Sequence record: OR836606.1
DNA: 64,000 nt
Direction: 5' to 3' (one strand)
Of the stretch, positions 11,372-21,820 are shown in pieces (position 1 is the first letter of the stretch; each line of letters opens with the position of its first letter). A program made the translations under genes and the position numbers. Below the pieces are notes generated by a model. It was not told the origin of the DNA and did not search any database. It saw nothing but the letters and a program-made list of their open reading frames with translations.

Positions 11372-11620
11372 TTATTTAAAGTTTTCTTTAACAATTTCGT
11401 TAGACAATTTATTTATATAATCATTCTTAAATTCTGTATGCTTAGAAATTGACACTATTGCTTCTTTAAGAAGTTTATTTTCTTTTTTAAGATTTTCATT
11501 ATATGCATAAAGATTATTTACAGCTTTATTTAATTTTTCAATTTCAAAATTAAGACGATCTAAATTAGCTATGCTCCTAAATTCAATAGTTTTCAATTTT
11601 TCTTTAATTTCTTTATCCAT
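11372..11620 (-). CDS. Small coiled-coil protein (tandem family)
   Basis: ORF in operon; ends NEIVKENFK. Confidence 0.7.
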   Translation of the reverse strand: MDKEIKEKLKTIEFRSIANLDRLNFEIEKLNKAVNNLYAYNENLKKENKLLKEAIVSISKHTEFKNDYINKLSNEIVKENFK

Positions 11621-11632
11621 TTTTAATCACCC

Positions 11633-12088
11633 TTATTTAATTAATTTAAATAAATTACGTCCAAATTCCTTATACTTTTTATTTTCTAATATACTGAAAT
11701 CAACTAAGCTGCTATCAACTCTAAGTAAATATATTGAATCATCTTTTTTATTTTTATTATTTAATATAAAACTTCCAAAATAGATATTACCTTCATTAGG
11801 TTTTTCTTTTTTAACGTTTACTGCATTTTCATTAAATTCAAATTTATAAATGAAACCTAGTAATTGTATTGGACCGTTTTTAAATATATGATAATCGAAA
11901 TTATTTTCAAATTTATGGTCTTCATTATTAATTTTCTCAATTAATTCATCTTTAATAACTTCATTATAAAAAGATTCATCCACTTGACTTAATGGCCTTA
12001 AATATGATTCTTCATCTACCTTTGGTTCTAACATTTTAATTTTTTGATCTAAAGTTAATTCTTTGGCAATAACTTTTTCATTTGACAT
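11633..12088 (-). CDS. Hypothetical protein (151 aa)
   Basis: Start overlaps upstream stop (TAATG); SD AAGGAG. Confidence 0.75.
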   Translation of the reverse strand: MSNEKVIAKELTLDQKIKMLEPKVDEESYLRPLSQVDESFYNEVIKDELIEKINNEDHKFENNFDYHIFKNGPIQLLGFIYKFEFNENAVNVKKEKPNEGNIYFGSFILNNKNKKDDSIYLLRVDSSLVDFSILENKKYKEFGRNLFKLIK

Positions 12089-12276
12089 TATTTTAAATTC
12101 TCCTTAACAATTTCATTTACTATTTTATTTAATTCCTTTTCATCATAACCACTATTCTTTTTAATATTAATTATAAATTTTTTTAATTCTTTATTTTCTT
12201 CTTTTATCTTATTTGTATAGAAATTATCTATGCTCATGGAAATACCTTTTGAATTTACGTTTATAATTGAAGACAT
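12088..12276 (-). CDS. Small coiled-coil protein (tandem family)
   Basis: Ends NEIVKENLK; coupled to next gene. Confidence 0.7.
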   Translation of the reverse strand: MSSIINVNSKGISMSIDNFYTNKIKEENKELKKFIINIKKNSGYDEKELNKIVNEIVKENLK

Positions 12277-12288
12277 CTTAAATTCCCC

Positions 12289-12552
12289 TTACATGAATTT
12301 TTTATTTAAATCTTTATAAATTAATTTTTTTAATTCTTTTCTATCATATTTATTTTCTTGATATAGTTTAAAAAGGAAACGATTGAGTTCCCTATTCTCT
12401 TCTTTAAGTTTATTAATCTCATCAATTTTATCTCGCCCTGATAAATTTCTACCTATACTATTTATATTTTTAGAAATATTATTCATTGCTGCTTGTAAAT
12501 GATTTTTATTAATTTTACTACTCGCATTATTATTATTATTATTATTATCCAC
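12289..12552 (-). CDS. Small coiled-coil protein (tandem family)
   Basis: KEENRELNRF..YDRKEL similar to the 12088-12276 product; SD AAGGA. Confidence 0.7.
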   Translation of the reverse strand: MDNNNNNNNASSKINKNHLQAAMNNISKNINSIGRNLSGRDKIDEINKLKEENRELNRFLFKLYQENKYDRKELKKLIYKDLNKKFM

Positions 12553-12572
12553 TTATATCATCCTTATACATA

Positions 12573-13799
12573 TTATTGAACTACAATCAAATTCTTTTTA
12601 GCACGAGTGATAGCTGTGTATAATGACTTAAATCTATCTTTACTCATATTTTCACTAAATACTATTACATTATCAAATTCAGAACCTTGAGATTTATGAA
12701 TAGTGATTCCGTATGCAAAATTAAATGGATTTACTTTCATACCAAAATCAGACATCTCAGTTACATATCGTTTCTTAAATATTTTATTAATTTCATTATC
12801 TCTGTGTCTTAGATCAAATAATTCTTGTTGATCTCCAATAGTGCCTTCAAAAATTAAATCATCATAATATATTCTACTAAATCTTTCCTTTTCAAAACCT
12901 TTAGGTTTAAAATCCATTTGAGTTGATTTAGTCATAGGTTTTTTCTTACCAGATCTAGTTATATTTCCAATTAGACCGTTAGTTAAATATTGAGTTATAT
13001 CACCTTCATTAACTACTTTAGACCAATTATTTTTTAAACACATAATTTTTTCATCCTCTTTAGGGAATGGATTATTTTCAACATCGATATTTAATATTTG
13101 ACTTCTATAGAATCTATTAAATTGATCTACCGTTCTATTATAGCTCATTAAAACTTGATCTGCATTCTTATACATGTCTAAAGTTAATTCATCTGAAGTA
13201 ATTACATGTACATTATCTCCATAAGAACCGTATTCTAAATCTTTACCATTACGAACTAAATTAGCTGCAACAAGTATAGGATTATCTAATGACTGTCTTA
13301 CTGGTTCATCTAAGAATATGTCAGGTTTATCTAATAATTCATTTCTTCCTGATAAGCTTTTAAGCTGTGCGGGGTCTCCTAAACAAAGTATAGGTATACC
13401 AAAACTTTGAATTTCTTCTATCATCTTCATAGGAACCATTGAAACTTCGTCTATGATTATTAACTTAATATCACTTGGTAACTCATCTTTTAATGTAAAA
13501 TTTACTTTACCAGTTTTCTCATCCATAAAATGATTATAAATAGTTCTATGGATTGTAGTTGCATTTAATCCTCTTTTGACTAACACACCTGCAGCCATTC
13601 CTGTATATGCTATAAAAGAAACATTAGCTTCATGTAAACCTAAAGAATCGATTATTTTAGTCATTGTATAGGACTTCCCACTTCCAGCGATGCCTGATAA
13701 TACAAAAGGTCTATGACTATCATTATTATACCATTCTTTAGCTAATCTTAACCCTTCTTCTTGTTTTTTATTTAACCCCATTATCTTAATACACCTCAA
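12573..13799 (-). CDS. Dda/RecD-like SF1B DNA helicase
   Basis: GIAGSGKS (Walker A), IIIDEVSMV, GDPAQL, TIHKSQGSEFDNV, LYTAITRAK. Confidence 0.9.
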   Translation of the reverse strand: MRCIKIMGLNKKQEEGLRLAKEWYNNDSHRPFVLSGIAGSGKSYTMTKIIDSLGLHEANVSFIAYTGMAAGVLVKRGLNATTIHRTIYNHFMDEKTGKVNFTLKDELPSDIKLIIIDEVSMVPMKMIEEIQSFGIPILCLGDPAQLKSLSGRNELLDKPDIFLDEPVRQSLDNPILVAANLVRNGKDLEYGSYGDNVHVITSDELTLDMYKNADQVLMSYNRTVDQFNRFYRSQILNIDVENNPFPKEDEKIMCLKNNWSKVVNEGDITQYLTNGLIGNITRSGKKKPMTKSTQMDFKPKGFEKERFSRIYYDDLIFEGTIGDQQELFDLRHRDNEINKIFKKRYVTEMSDFGMKVNPFNFAYGITIHKSQGSEFDNVIVFSENMSKDRFKSLYTAITRAKKNLIVVQ

Positions 13800-14125
13800 T
13801 CAAATTTATTATATTTTTAAACGTCATTGATCTTTAATTAATATAAATTGGTTATTCAGATTTTATAAAATTTTTACTTATAAATTTTTAAAATTCTGTA
13901 CTAATATATTACTTATATTAGTAAGTAATTATAAATTTAATAATTAGTATTAATATAAATATTATTAATAAATATATTTTTAATTAATAAAATATATTAA
14001 TACTTTGGATCATAGAAAACTCTAATAATAAAAATTTATAAACTTCAATTAATAATATAAATATATATTATTTTAATGGAGTTAGTAAGAATATTAACTT
14101 CAAATAATTTTATATAAGGAGAGAT

Positions 14126-15016
14126 TTGGATATGGCAATTACAAGAAAGAAAATTACAAAAGAAAAAGAGGATTTAACTGTATTAGAATCGGCTAAGATC
14201 AAATTATCAGAGGAACAAGGATATGAGGGAGATACAATTACATTTGATATCGAAACTATTCCAGAGAAATATGACAGAAAGAATTTAGTTTTAATCCCTG
14301 AAGATGATAATGTTATTAAGATTAATTATGATAAAAAAGAAATTTTCATCAATTCAGATGAACTTAAAGATGTTGAAATTAATCTTAAAGATATTCCAAC
14401 AGAAAGTTCTTATGATAAAGTAACTGTAACAGCTTCAGGTATAAATCCAGAAAAAGCAAAAGAAATTAAGCAAAAAGAAACTAAGCAAGAAGAAGTTAAA
14501 GAAGAAGTTAAGAATCCAGTATTAAAAGAGAAAAAACAAAGTACAAAAGCTAAATCAAATCAGAAGGTTGGTAAAAAGAAAATGACTAATAAAAAGAAGA
14601 ATGTTAAAAAATTCAGTGAGAAATCTTATACTAAAGAAGAACTTATTAACGACTTATTATTAAATCTAGAAGAGAATGAATATTCTAAAAAAGAATTAAG
14701 TGATATTATTAATAAAATTGATGAACTTAGAGAAAATGCATTAGTTAAAGGTAAAACAGTAACTATGAAAAATGTACATTTCTCTCGTAAATTAGTTAAA
14801 GGTCGTATTCATAACGCTAAAATGGAAACAATTAAACAAGCATCATTTGTACCACCTCATATTGCTATGGTAGCTAAAGTGGAAAATGAAGATAAAAAAG
14901 TAATTAAAGGTGAAGAAATTAATAAAGATAACTTTAAAACAGATGATGGTAAAGATATTAAAGTTTCAGATGTCAATGCCAAATATGAAGAAGAATACAA
15001 AAAACGTTTTAGATAA
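14126..15016 (+). CDS. Lysine/glutamate-rich protein with possible HU/IHF-like C-terminal domain
   Basis: C-terminal YTKEELIN...SKKELSDIIN...ALVKGKTVTMKNVHFSRK resembles the HU fold pattern; SD AAGGAG. Confidence 0.45.
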   Translation: MDMAITRKKITKEKEDLTVLESAKIKLSEEQGYEGDTITFDIETIPEKYDRKNLVLIPEDDNVIKINYDKKEIFINSDELKDVEINLKDIPTESSYDKVTVTASGINPEKAKEIKQKETKQEEVKEEVKNPVLKEKKQSTKAKSNQKVGKKKMTNKKKNVKKFSEKSYTKEELINDLLLNLEENEYSKKELSDIINKIDELRENALVKGKTVTMKNVHFSRKLVKGRIHNAKMETIKQASFVPPHIAMVAKVENEDKKVIKGEEINKDNFKTDDGKDIKVSDVNAKYEEEYKKRFR

Positions 15017-15030
15017 GACCAATTAAAAAT

Positions 15031-15699
15031 ATGGGGGAATTGTCAATGAAACATTTTTATAAGAAAAGAGAATCTATTGAATTAGATTTAAAAGCTATGT
15101 ATACAAATCATGTAGATGTAATTTCTCGTTACGATTTTGGTGATGAGGAGTTACATCAAATGGTAGATAGATTCATACCTCAAATAGTTGAAGAAATTCA
15201 TGAATTCAATTATGAAATAAATCAAATTACTAATAATCCTGAATGCAATCAATCTCGAAAGTTTGAATATATTAATAATGCATCAAAAGAATTATTAGAT
15301 ATTGTCCTTTACTTAATATCTATCAATTCAACATTATTAAGTAAGTATATGGACAATAAATTTCTTCAAAAAGATATTATCAATTATAATGAGACTCTCC
15401 TTTTAGCTAACGATAAAAGTATTAATGATTATAATAGACTTAATGGTATTAAAATGAAATTGAATGAATATTTAGTTGAATATATGGGATTGATTAGACG
15501 TTCATTACCTAATAGAAAATATCATCAAGATAAAGAAGAAATTAGTCAAGAAGAACAAAATAAAATAGTGAATAATTCATTTTATATCACTCACAAAATG
15601 ATCGTATCTTTATTAGATACATTATTTACTAATTTAGTTTATACTAAAAATCTAGATGATGTATTGAATAAAATACAAGATGTAGTTAAAAATAAATAA
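15031..15699 (+). CDS. Hypothetical protein, possible all-alpha NTP pyrophosphatase (MazG/dimeric dUTPase-like)
   Basis: VEEIHEF and KELLDIVLY resemble EExxE/ExxD motifs; weak. Confidence 0.35.
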   Translation: MGELSMKHFYKKRESIELDLKAMYTNHVDVISRYDFGDEELHQMVDRFIPQIVEEIHEFNYEINQITNNPECNQSRKFEYINNASKELLDIVLYLISINSTLLSKYMDNKFLQKDIINYNETLLLANDKSINDYNRLNGIKMKLNEYLVEYMGLIRRSLPNRKYHQDKEEISQEEQNKIVNNSFYITHKMIVSLLDTLFTNLVYTKNLDDVLNKIQDVVKNK

Positions 15700-15704
15700 T
15701 ATTA

Positions 15705-15756
15705 ATTCATCCTAACACATTTAGTCCTTAACTGGATTATTTGTGTTAGGATGAAT
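15705..15756 (+). terminator. Intrinsic terminator hairpin
   Basis: ATTCATCCTAACACA/TGTGTTAGGATGAAT stem followed by long T tract. Confidence 0.75.
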
Positions 15757-15805
15757 ATTTTATTTTTTTTTTATCTTTTAATTTAATCTATATGATTCTG
15801 ATAGA

Positions 15806-15817
15806 AACATATATGTA
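15806..15817 (+). promoter_or_regulatory. Candidate phage late promoter AACA-N6-TA
   Basis: AACATATATGTA upstream of the giant tail lysin; same motif recurs upstream of other structural genes. Confidence 0.45.
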
Positions 15818-15851
15818 TTAAGAAAATCATGTTAGGGGGGAATTATGAAAC

Positions 15852-18800
15852 TTGGCTAAAAATAATAAAAATAAAAAGAATATTAGACAATTAGAAAATA
15901 ACAATAAATCAACTGTTATTAAAAATTCTTCTAAAAATACCGGCCGTATTCTTTTTAATGCGTTTATAAAATCTAACCCGTCATTAGATGCTATAGTGGG
16001 AGATTCAGGTTTAAAATTATTTAACAATGATGAAAGAAGATTAAAAAATTTTTCTGAAGTTAAAGGTTCTACTAATGATCTAATAAAAACTTTAAAAAAT
16101 AAATCTAATGAAAACGATCTTTTTTCAAGTAGTAATGAAAAATTATCTAATGAAAAACCTGAATATGAATCAGTAACAGAATATATTGATAATCCTGATG
16201 GAACTAAATCTGAAATTGTTAGTCTGTCAGATAAAAAGAAATCTAAAATAACAAATTCACCTCTAATAGCGATGAATAATTTGGCTGAGATAAATCAAAG
16301 AGGATTTGTTGGAACGAATATTGCAATGAACAATTATTCTCTATCAATACAAGCAACTAATAGCCTTATATATTCAGCCTTATCAAATTTAAGTACAATA
16401 CAAAATGGTATATATCAAAATACTCTAATGGAAGAAAATACTAAAAGAGATAAACAATCTAAATTACAATCCATAATAAATGGAAATATTAGTTTATTAA
16501 AATATTTAGATGAGAAAACTAATCCTGAAAATTTATTAATGGGTATGATGACCGGAGAACAACTTAAATCAATGTTAATGGGAGTAGCTAAAAACCCTAT
16601 TGAATTTGCTGCAACTCAAGGAGCTAAAATTGCATTTAATAAACTTCTATATGGTGATATTGGCGGGTATGATCCTGAAGGTAGTAATAAAAACATATTT
16701 AACAGATTGAATAAAAGATTTGATCCTCAAAATATAGGATCTATGCTTATTAATAGAAATCTTGTTGAAGATAATAAACTTACTAAAGGTTTAGAAAGAT
16801 TAACCGGTAATGATAATAAGTATATATCTAATTTAGGAAATGCTCTTTCAGATAGACTAAATCAATTAAAAGAAGAAGTATTGGGTGACGGTAAGGGCAG
16901 TATTTCTCTAAAAAATAAACGTAAAAAAGATACTCCGGTTCAATTTGATATGGAATCTCATACGTCTATTAATAAAGTTATACCGGACTTCTTATCTAGA
17001 ATTCAAGGTAATTTGATAGCTAAAAAAGAAGGTCGTTCAGGCGGATTAGCAGATAATGCTGAATTAGGTAGTATTTATAATTATCGAAAAGGTATTTGGG
17101 AAAATCGAAGATCTGCTAAGAAAAATGCATTAGATGAAATTAAATCAGAATCTTTATTCAATTTTAAAGATACTTATTTAGGTAAAGAATTATTATCTAA
17201 ATTAGATAATGATGAAGAAAGAACTAAAGAAGTTTTAACTGAATTAACTAAAATAGACAAACCTATTAAAGAAATTTCTAAACTTAAAGAGATAATTAAT
17301 CAAAAAAATATAAATGTTAGCACTGAATCATTATCGGAAGTGTTTGAAAAGAATTCAGCTAAATTCAATACTGATTTATTCAATATTAAGAAATCTATTT
17401 CAAATACTCTTGATAAAAAAGATAATTCAAGAATAATGTCATTTACTGAAATAGAAGGTTTAAATAAATCTAATTCAACATATTCTAGATCTAACAATGA
17501 TGATGATATTAATCAGATTAAAGATTTTGGCAATATTAACTGGGAAAATAGTGATTTAGAAGAAATTAAAAATATTTTCTTAGAAATAGAAAGAAAATTA
17601 AATAATGACTTCAGTAGCGGTAATATTAATAATAATAAAGAATTTATTAATAATAAAGTCGATACAATCAATAATATTATAGACAAAGGCAAAATTTTCT
17701 CTGTTTTAAGTGGGAATAATGAATCTCATGCTTCTGTAATGGATAAGTTAAATAGTCTTTCTAATGCAGTTAATAAAGCTAAAGAATATAAAGAAAATCC
17801 TACAAGTGCTATTAAAGATATAGCCTCTTCCTTAACTAACAGTGTCAGTCTTCCTCAAGAAAACAACCAATTAATGCGAAATAATGAATATCAATATCAA
17901 AATGTAAATCATCAATCTAGCATTATAGATAATAATCCAGTAATGGATTTAATGAATAATATTCCCGTCTTAAATAGTTTAACGATTAATAACAATGAAG
18001 CTAATAAAGATGCTTACATTAAAGAACCAAGTAAAACTATAGATGATTTAACCAAAGAAGAAAAAGAAAAGAAAGCTAAAAGCACGATAATTGATTTAGT
18101 TAACACTGCTTTTGGTAATGACCCAACTATTAAAAAAGATATGGAAGATTCCCAAGATACTGGAGCTTTAGAAAGAATGAAACAAGGTCTTTCAACTGCT
18201 GATGCTGGAAAACTTGGAGAAAATGTTATGTCTACAATGACTGGGTCTAGTAAGAAAGAAATTGCTGAATCTATTAGAGGTAATATAAACTTTGGAAAAG
18301 GCGGAGAAGCTGAGAAATCTATTGGCACTAAAAAGATGATGAACGGAATGCTTGATTTTAGTAAAATGGGACCAGTTTTATTTGCTGGAACTTCTGCAGC
18401 TGTATTAGGTTCATTAATGAAAGGTAGAAATAGTAAGAAAGATTTAGAAGTCAGTGAAAAAGGATTTTTATCATCTGCTGGAGGATTTTTAGGTAACGCC
18501 GCTATGCTAGGTGCTGGAGGATTCTTGGCTGCTAAATTTGGTCCTAAACTATTATCTAAATTATTACCGGGTGGAGTAGGTAAATTCTTCACTAGTATGC
18601 CTGGTATGTTAGGTAAAATAGGCGGCGGAATTAAAAATATAGCTGGGAAATTTGGATTAGGAAAATTATTTAGAGGTATTAAAGGTGCTCCTAAAAAAAT
18701 AGGTAACGTATTTAAAGGTATTGGAAAATTTGCTAAAGATAAACTACCTACTGTTAAGTCTTTAGGTAAAATGGTTATAGGTAAAGGTGCAGGATTGGTT

Positions 18801-21797
18801 AAAAAGGGATTAAGTACCGGTAAAACTATAGGTAAAGTAGCTAAAAGTGGTATATCTAAGATATTTAATAAAAAGAATGCTTCAGCTGCTACTAAAGGAT
18901 TAAGCAAATTTGCTTCTAAAGGTTTTAACAGAGCTAAATCTATCGGTAAAGGTTTATTTGGTGGTTCTAAGAAACTTGGAGGGAAAGCTTTTGGTGCTAT
19001 AGGTAAAGCTAAAAATAAATTATTTGGTAAAGGTGCAGCGAAAGCTGGAGGAAAATTTGCATTAAAGGCAGGATTGAAAACAGCATTACCATTCATACCA
19101 TTTGTTGGACCAGTGATTGGTGCAGCGATGTGGGCTCCTGATATCATTAAGACTATTAAACACCCTATAGAATCATTAAAACATCCAATTAAAACATTGG
19201 GCAGCTTTTTCGGAATTGGAGAACATCCAGGTGATAAAATAGAAGATGAAGCTAAAAGTAAAGAAGAAAAACATACTGAAGATGAAACAGGTTTAGGACG
19301 ACTAATATTAAGCACGACTAAGCTAATGTTTAGAGCTTCCCCTATGTTCCCACTAGCTAAAGTTGGAGGGAATATGTTTAAAACAGTTACTGATAATAAA
19401 ATGCAATCCGGTCCAAAAGCTGAAGAAAATATTCAAAAAGATATATTCATGAGCACTCCTTTAGGTAGTTTATATCAAATTGCTAAAGGCGGAATCGATT
19501 TCTCTAAATATGGTAAAGGTGAAATTGGAGATTGGTTCAGTCGTTTCTTAGTTAAAATGGAAGAAATGGTTGTTGCAATGTCTAAAATGAGAAATTCTAG
19601 TGGTTCTGGAAGTTCAAGTGGTAGTAGCTCAGGTGGAGATCAGCTTAAAGGAGATGAAATAGAAATAGATAAAAATGCTCCTTCTATTACTTCACAAGGT
19701 ATTTTAAATAAAATACCTGATGACGCTGCCGGCGCTTGGTTGAAGAAACATGAGTTCTGGCAACCATTTGGTAATTATCAAGGATTAGCATTTAATGGAA
19801 GCTCAAAACACTGGGGTATAGATATTGGTATGCCTACAGGAACTGATGTATTGGCAATTGTACCGGGTACTGTTTCTAATGTCTTCGTTGATCATGGCGG
19901 AGGTAATATAATAGAGATTAAAAATGGCGGAATATACACTTGGTATATGCATAATAGTAAAATAATTGCCAAAAAAGGTGACAAAGTCCAAGTAGGTCAA
20001 AAAATCTCAGTTTCAGGTAATACAGGAGCTCAAACAACCGCACCTCACCTTCACTTCCAAGTCATGAAAGGTAGACCTTCAAATGAAACTGCTATAGATC
20101 CAGCACCATATGTTTTCGCAAAAGTTAAAGGAAAAGGCGGAGACAAAGATGATGATAAAAAATCTGATAGTAGTGCTAAAAAAAGTAAGAAGAAAAAAGG
20201 TGATGATGGCGGTGGACACTCTGTTATCGGTGATTTAAATTCACATTCCATTCAGAGGGATATTAAAAGAAAAAGAGCTCAAGATATTAAAAATAGAAAA
20301 ATCCAAGATCGCGTTATTAGACGAGAAGAACAAAGCTTAGCTAAGGCTGAAAGAGAAGACGCATTAAATGTTAAAAAAGTAGCCAAAAAAGTTAATAATA
20401 TATTCAAGAAATTAAAAGATTTAAAAGGAACTAAAGGTACACTTAAATCTTCAAATCAATTTAATAAAGTATTAATTGTTGGTGATGATACAATTAATGA
20501 TGCATCCGTAGATCTTAAAAAGAAAATTAAAGGTGCTAAAGTCGAATCTTCTAATGGTAAAGCATATAGTTTTGGACCATCATCAGGTAGAAAAATACTT
20601 CAAGAAAATGTTTCTGAATATAATAAGAAAGGTATAGCTATTGTTATACAGCTAGGTATGAATGGTGGATTATCGACAGGAGAAGTTACAGAAATACAAC
20701 ATATGTATGATAAAGCACATGTATACTTTGTGACTAATGCAATTAGTAAAAAATTAGAGAATGATACAGAACTATCTAATGCAATAGATGATCTGAATGA
20801 TTCATTAAAGATGTCTGCTGAAAATATAATCGAATGGGATAAAAAAGCATCTGAATCATTGTTTAATGAAGACGGAATCACTCTTAATAATAGAGGTAGA
20901 ATGATCTTTGTTGATCTTATTAAATTGTATATAAACCCATATATTGGCGGAGGCGGTAGCTCTGATGAAGAAAAAATAGATAAGGATATAGATAAAGAAG
21001 AATCTAAAGCTGAGAAGAAAAAATCTAAAGAAAAAGATGAAGAGGAAAATAATGAAGAAACTTCAGATGATGAAGATAAAGGCTCTTCTGCCGAAGGATC
21101 TTCTGAGTATAGTTTTAAAAATGGTACTTGGTACGGATCTATAACTGGAAGAGATGATAGAAGAATGGATGAAGAAGAACAAGAGGAATTAAATGATCGT
21201 TTAATGAAACGATACGCTAAAATTTATGGCATTGATTACGAAGAAGCTAAAAGAATTGATCAAGAACAACAAGAAAAGAAAAAATCTGAAGCAGGAAACA
21301 AAAAGTCTGAATCAAGTGCATCAAGTTCTAATAGCGATAGTTCTTCTGAAAATTCATCAAATAATTCTAGTTCCTCAGCATCAACTTCTAAACCAAATAG
21401 CAATGTAAATATCGGAAACCCTCCTATATTCCAATTACCTACATTAGCTAACAGCGGATTTTCCAATATTAATAGAGGTAATAATACTTTTAATAATCAA
21501 GGTAGTAAAAATACTCAAACAATTAATAATAATTATCAAACCGGACAAAGTGGTATTATTAATAATGAAAAAGTAAATAAAGAATTTATAAAAGGTAAGA
21601 ATAGAGTAACTAACCATTATAATAAAATTGTAAATAATCATAAAAATTCTAAAATTGAAAATGGCAATTCTGGTTATACTTATGATTATGAAAAATTATG
21701 GTATTCAGATGATTTAGTAAGAATGTTAGCTAATATTGATAGAAACACATTAGAGTCTACTAAAGAATTAGATCGTTTATTAGAAGAATTGAAATAG
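15852..21797 (+). CDS. Giant tail-associated lysin / tape-measure-like protein A (M23 peptidase + degenerate SGNH domain)
   Basis: M23 motifs HWGID, WYMHNS, TAPHLHFQV (~19750-20120); Gly/Lys amphipathic region; OatA-like SGNH block ~20469-20921. Confidence 0.75.
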   Translation: MAKNNKNKKNIRQLENNNKSTVIKNSSKNTGRILFNAFIKSNPSLDAIVGDSGLKLFNNDERRLKNFSEVKGSTNDLIKTLKNKSNENDLFSSSNEKLSNEKPEYESVTEYIDNPDGTKSEIVSLSDKKKSKITNSPLIAMNNLAEINQRGFVGTNIAMNNYSLSIQATNSLIYSALSNLSTIQNGIYQNTLMEENTKRDKQSKLQSIINGNISLLKYLDEKTNPENLLMGMMTGEQLKSMLMGVAKNPIEFAATQGAKIAFNKLLYGDIGGYDPEGSNKNIFNRLNKRFDPQNIGSMLINRNLVEDNKLTKGLERLTGNDNKYISNLGNALSDRLNQLKEEVLGDGKGSISLKNKRKKDTPVQFDMESHTSINKVIPDFLSRIQGNLIAKKEGRSGGLADNAELGSIYNYRKGIWENRRSAKKNALDEIKSESLFNFKDTYLGKELLSKLDNDEERTKEVLTELTKIDKPIKEISKLKEIINQKNINVSTESLSEVFEKNSAKFNTDLFNIKKSISNTLDKKDNSRIMSFTEIEGLNKSNSTYSRSNNDDDINQIKDFGNINWENSDLEEIKNIFLEIERKLNNDFSSGNINNNKEFINNKVDTINNIIDKGKIFSVLSGNNESHASVMDKLNSLSNAVNKAKEYKENPTSAIKDIASSLTNSVSLPQENNQLMRNNEYQYQNVNHQSSIIDNNPVMDLMNNIPVLNSLTINNNEANKDAYIKEPSKTIDDLTKEEKEKKAKSTIIDLVNTAFGNDPTIKKDMEDSQDTGALERMKQGLSTADAGKLGENVMSTMTGSSKKEIAESIRGNINFGKGGEAEKSIGTKKMMNGMLDFSKMGPVLFAGTSAAVLGSLMKGRNSKKDLEVSEKGFLSSAGGFLGNAAMLGAGGFLAAKFGPKLLSKLLPGGVGKFFTSMPGMLGKIGGGIKNIAGKFGLGKLFRGIKGAPKKIGNVFKGIGKFAKDKLPTVKSLGKMVIGKGAGLVKKGLSTGKTIGKVAKSGISKIFNKKNASAATKGLSKFASKGFNRAKSIGKGLFGGSKKLGGKAFGAIGKAKNKLFGKGAAKAGGKFALKAGLKTALPFIPFVGPVIGAAMWAPDIIKTIKHPIESLKHPIKTLGSFFGIGEHPGDKIEDEAKSKEEKHTEDETGLGRLILSTTKLMFRASPMFPLAKVGGNMFKTVTDNKMQSGPKAEENIQKDIFMSTPLGSLYQIAKGGIDFSKYGKGEIGDWFSRFLVKMEEMVVAMSKMRNSSGSGSSSGSSSGGDQLKGDEIEIDKNAPSITSQGILNKIPDDAAGAWLKKHEFWQPFGNYQGLAFNGSSKHWGIDIGMPTGTDVLAIVPGTVSNVFVDHGGGNIIEIKNGGIYTWYMHNSKIIAKKGDKVQVGQKISVSGNTGAQTTAPHLHFQVMKGRPSNETAIDPAPYVFAKVKGKGGDKDDDKKSDSSAKKSKKKKGDDGGGHSVIGDLNSHSIQRDIKRKRAQDIKNRKIQDRVIRREEQSLAKAEREDALNVKKVAKKVNNIFKKLKDLKGTKGTLKSSNQFNKVLIVGDDTINDASVDLKKKIKGAKVESSNGKAYSFGPSSGRKILQENVSEYNKKGIAIVIQLGMNGGLSTGEVTEIQHMYDKAHVYFVTNAISKKLENDTELSNAIDDLNDSLKMSAENIIEWDKKASESLFNEDGITLNNRGRMIFVDLIKLYINPYIGGGGSSDEEKIDKDIDKEESKAEKKKSKEKDEEENNEETSDDEDKGSSAEGSSEYSFKNGTWYGSITGRDDRRMDEEEQEELNDRLMKRYAKIYGIDYEEAKRIDQEQQEKKKSEAGNKKSESSASSSNSDSSSENSSNNSSSSASTSKPNSNVNIGNPPIFQLPTLANSGFSNINRGNNTFNNQGSKNTQTINNNYQTGQSGIINNEKVNKEFIKGKNRVTNHYNKIVNNHKNSKIENGNSGYTYDYEKLWYSDDLVRMLANIDRNTLESTKELDRLLEELK

Positions 21798-21820
21798 ATA
21801 ACAGGAGGTGGAACTAATAA

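Noticed and set aside
12525-12550. (AAT)n run encoding poly-Asn
   Set aside because: Simple low-complexity microsatellite expected in this composition
18014-19315. 433-aa minus-strand ORF
   Set aside because: Antisense shadow of the Gly/Lys/Ala-rich part of the giant tail protein; the other short overlapping antisense ORFs in the track were rejected likewise
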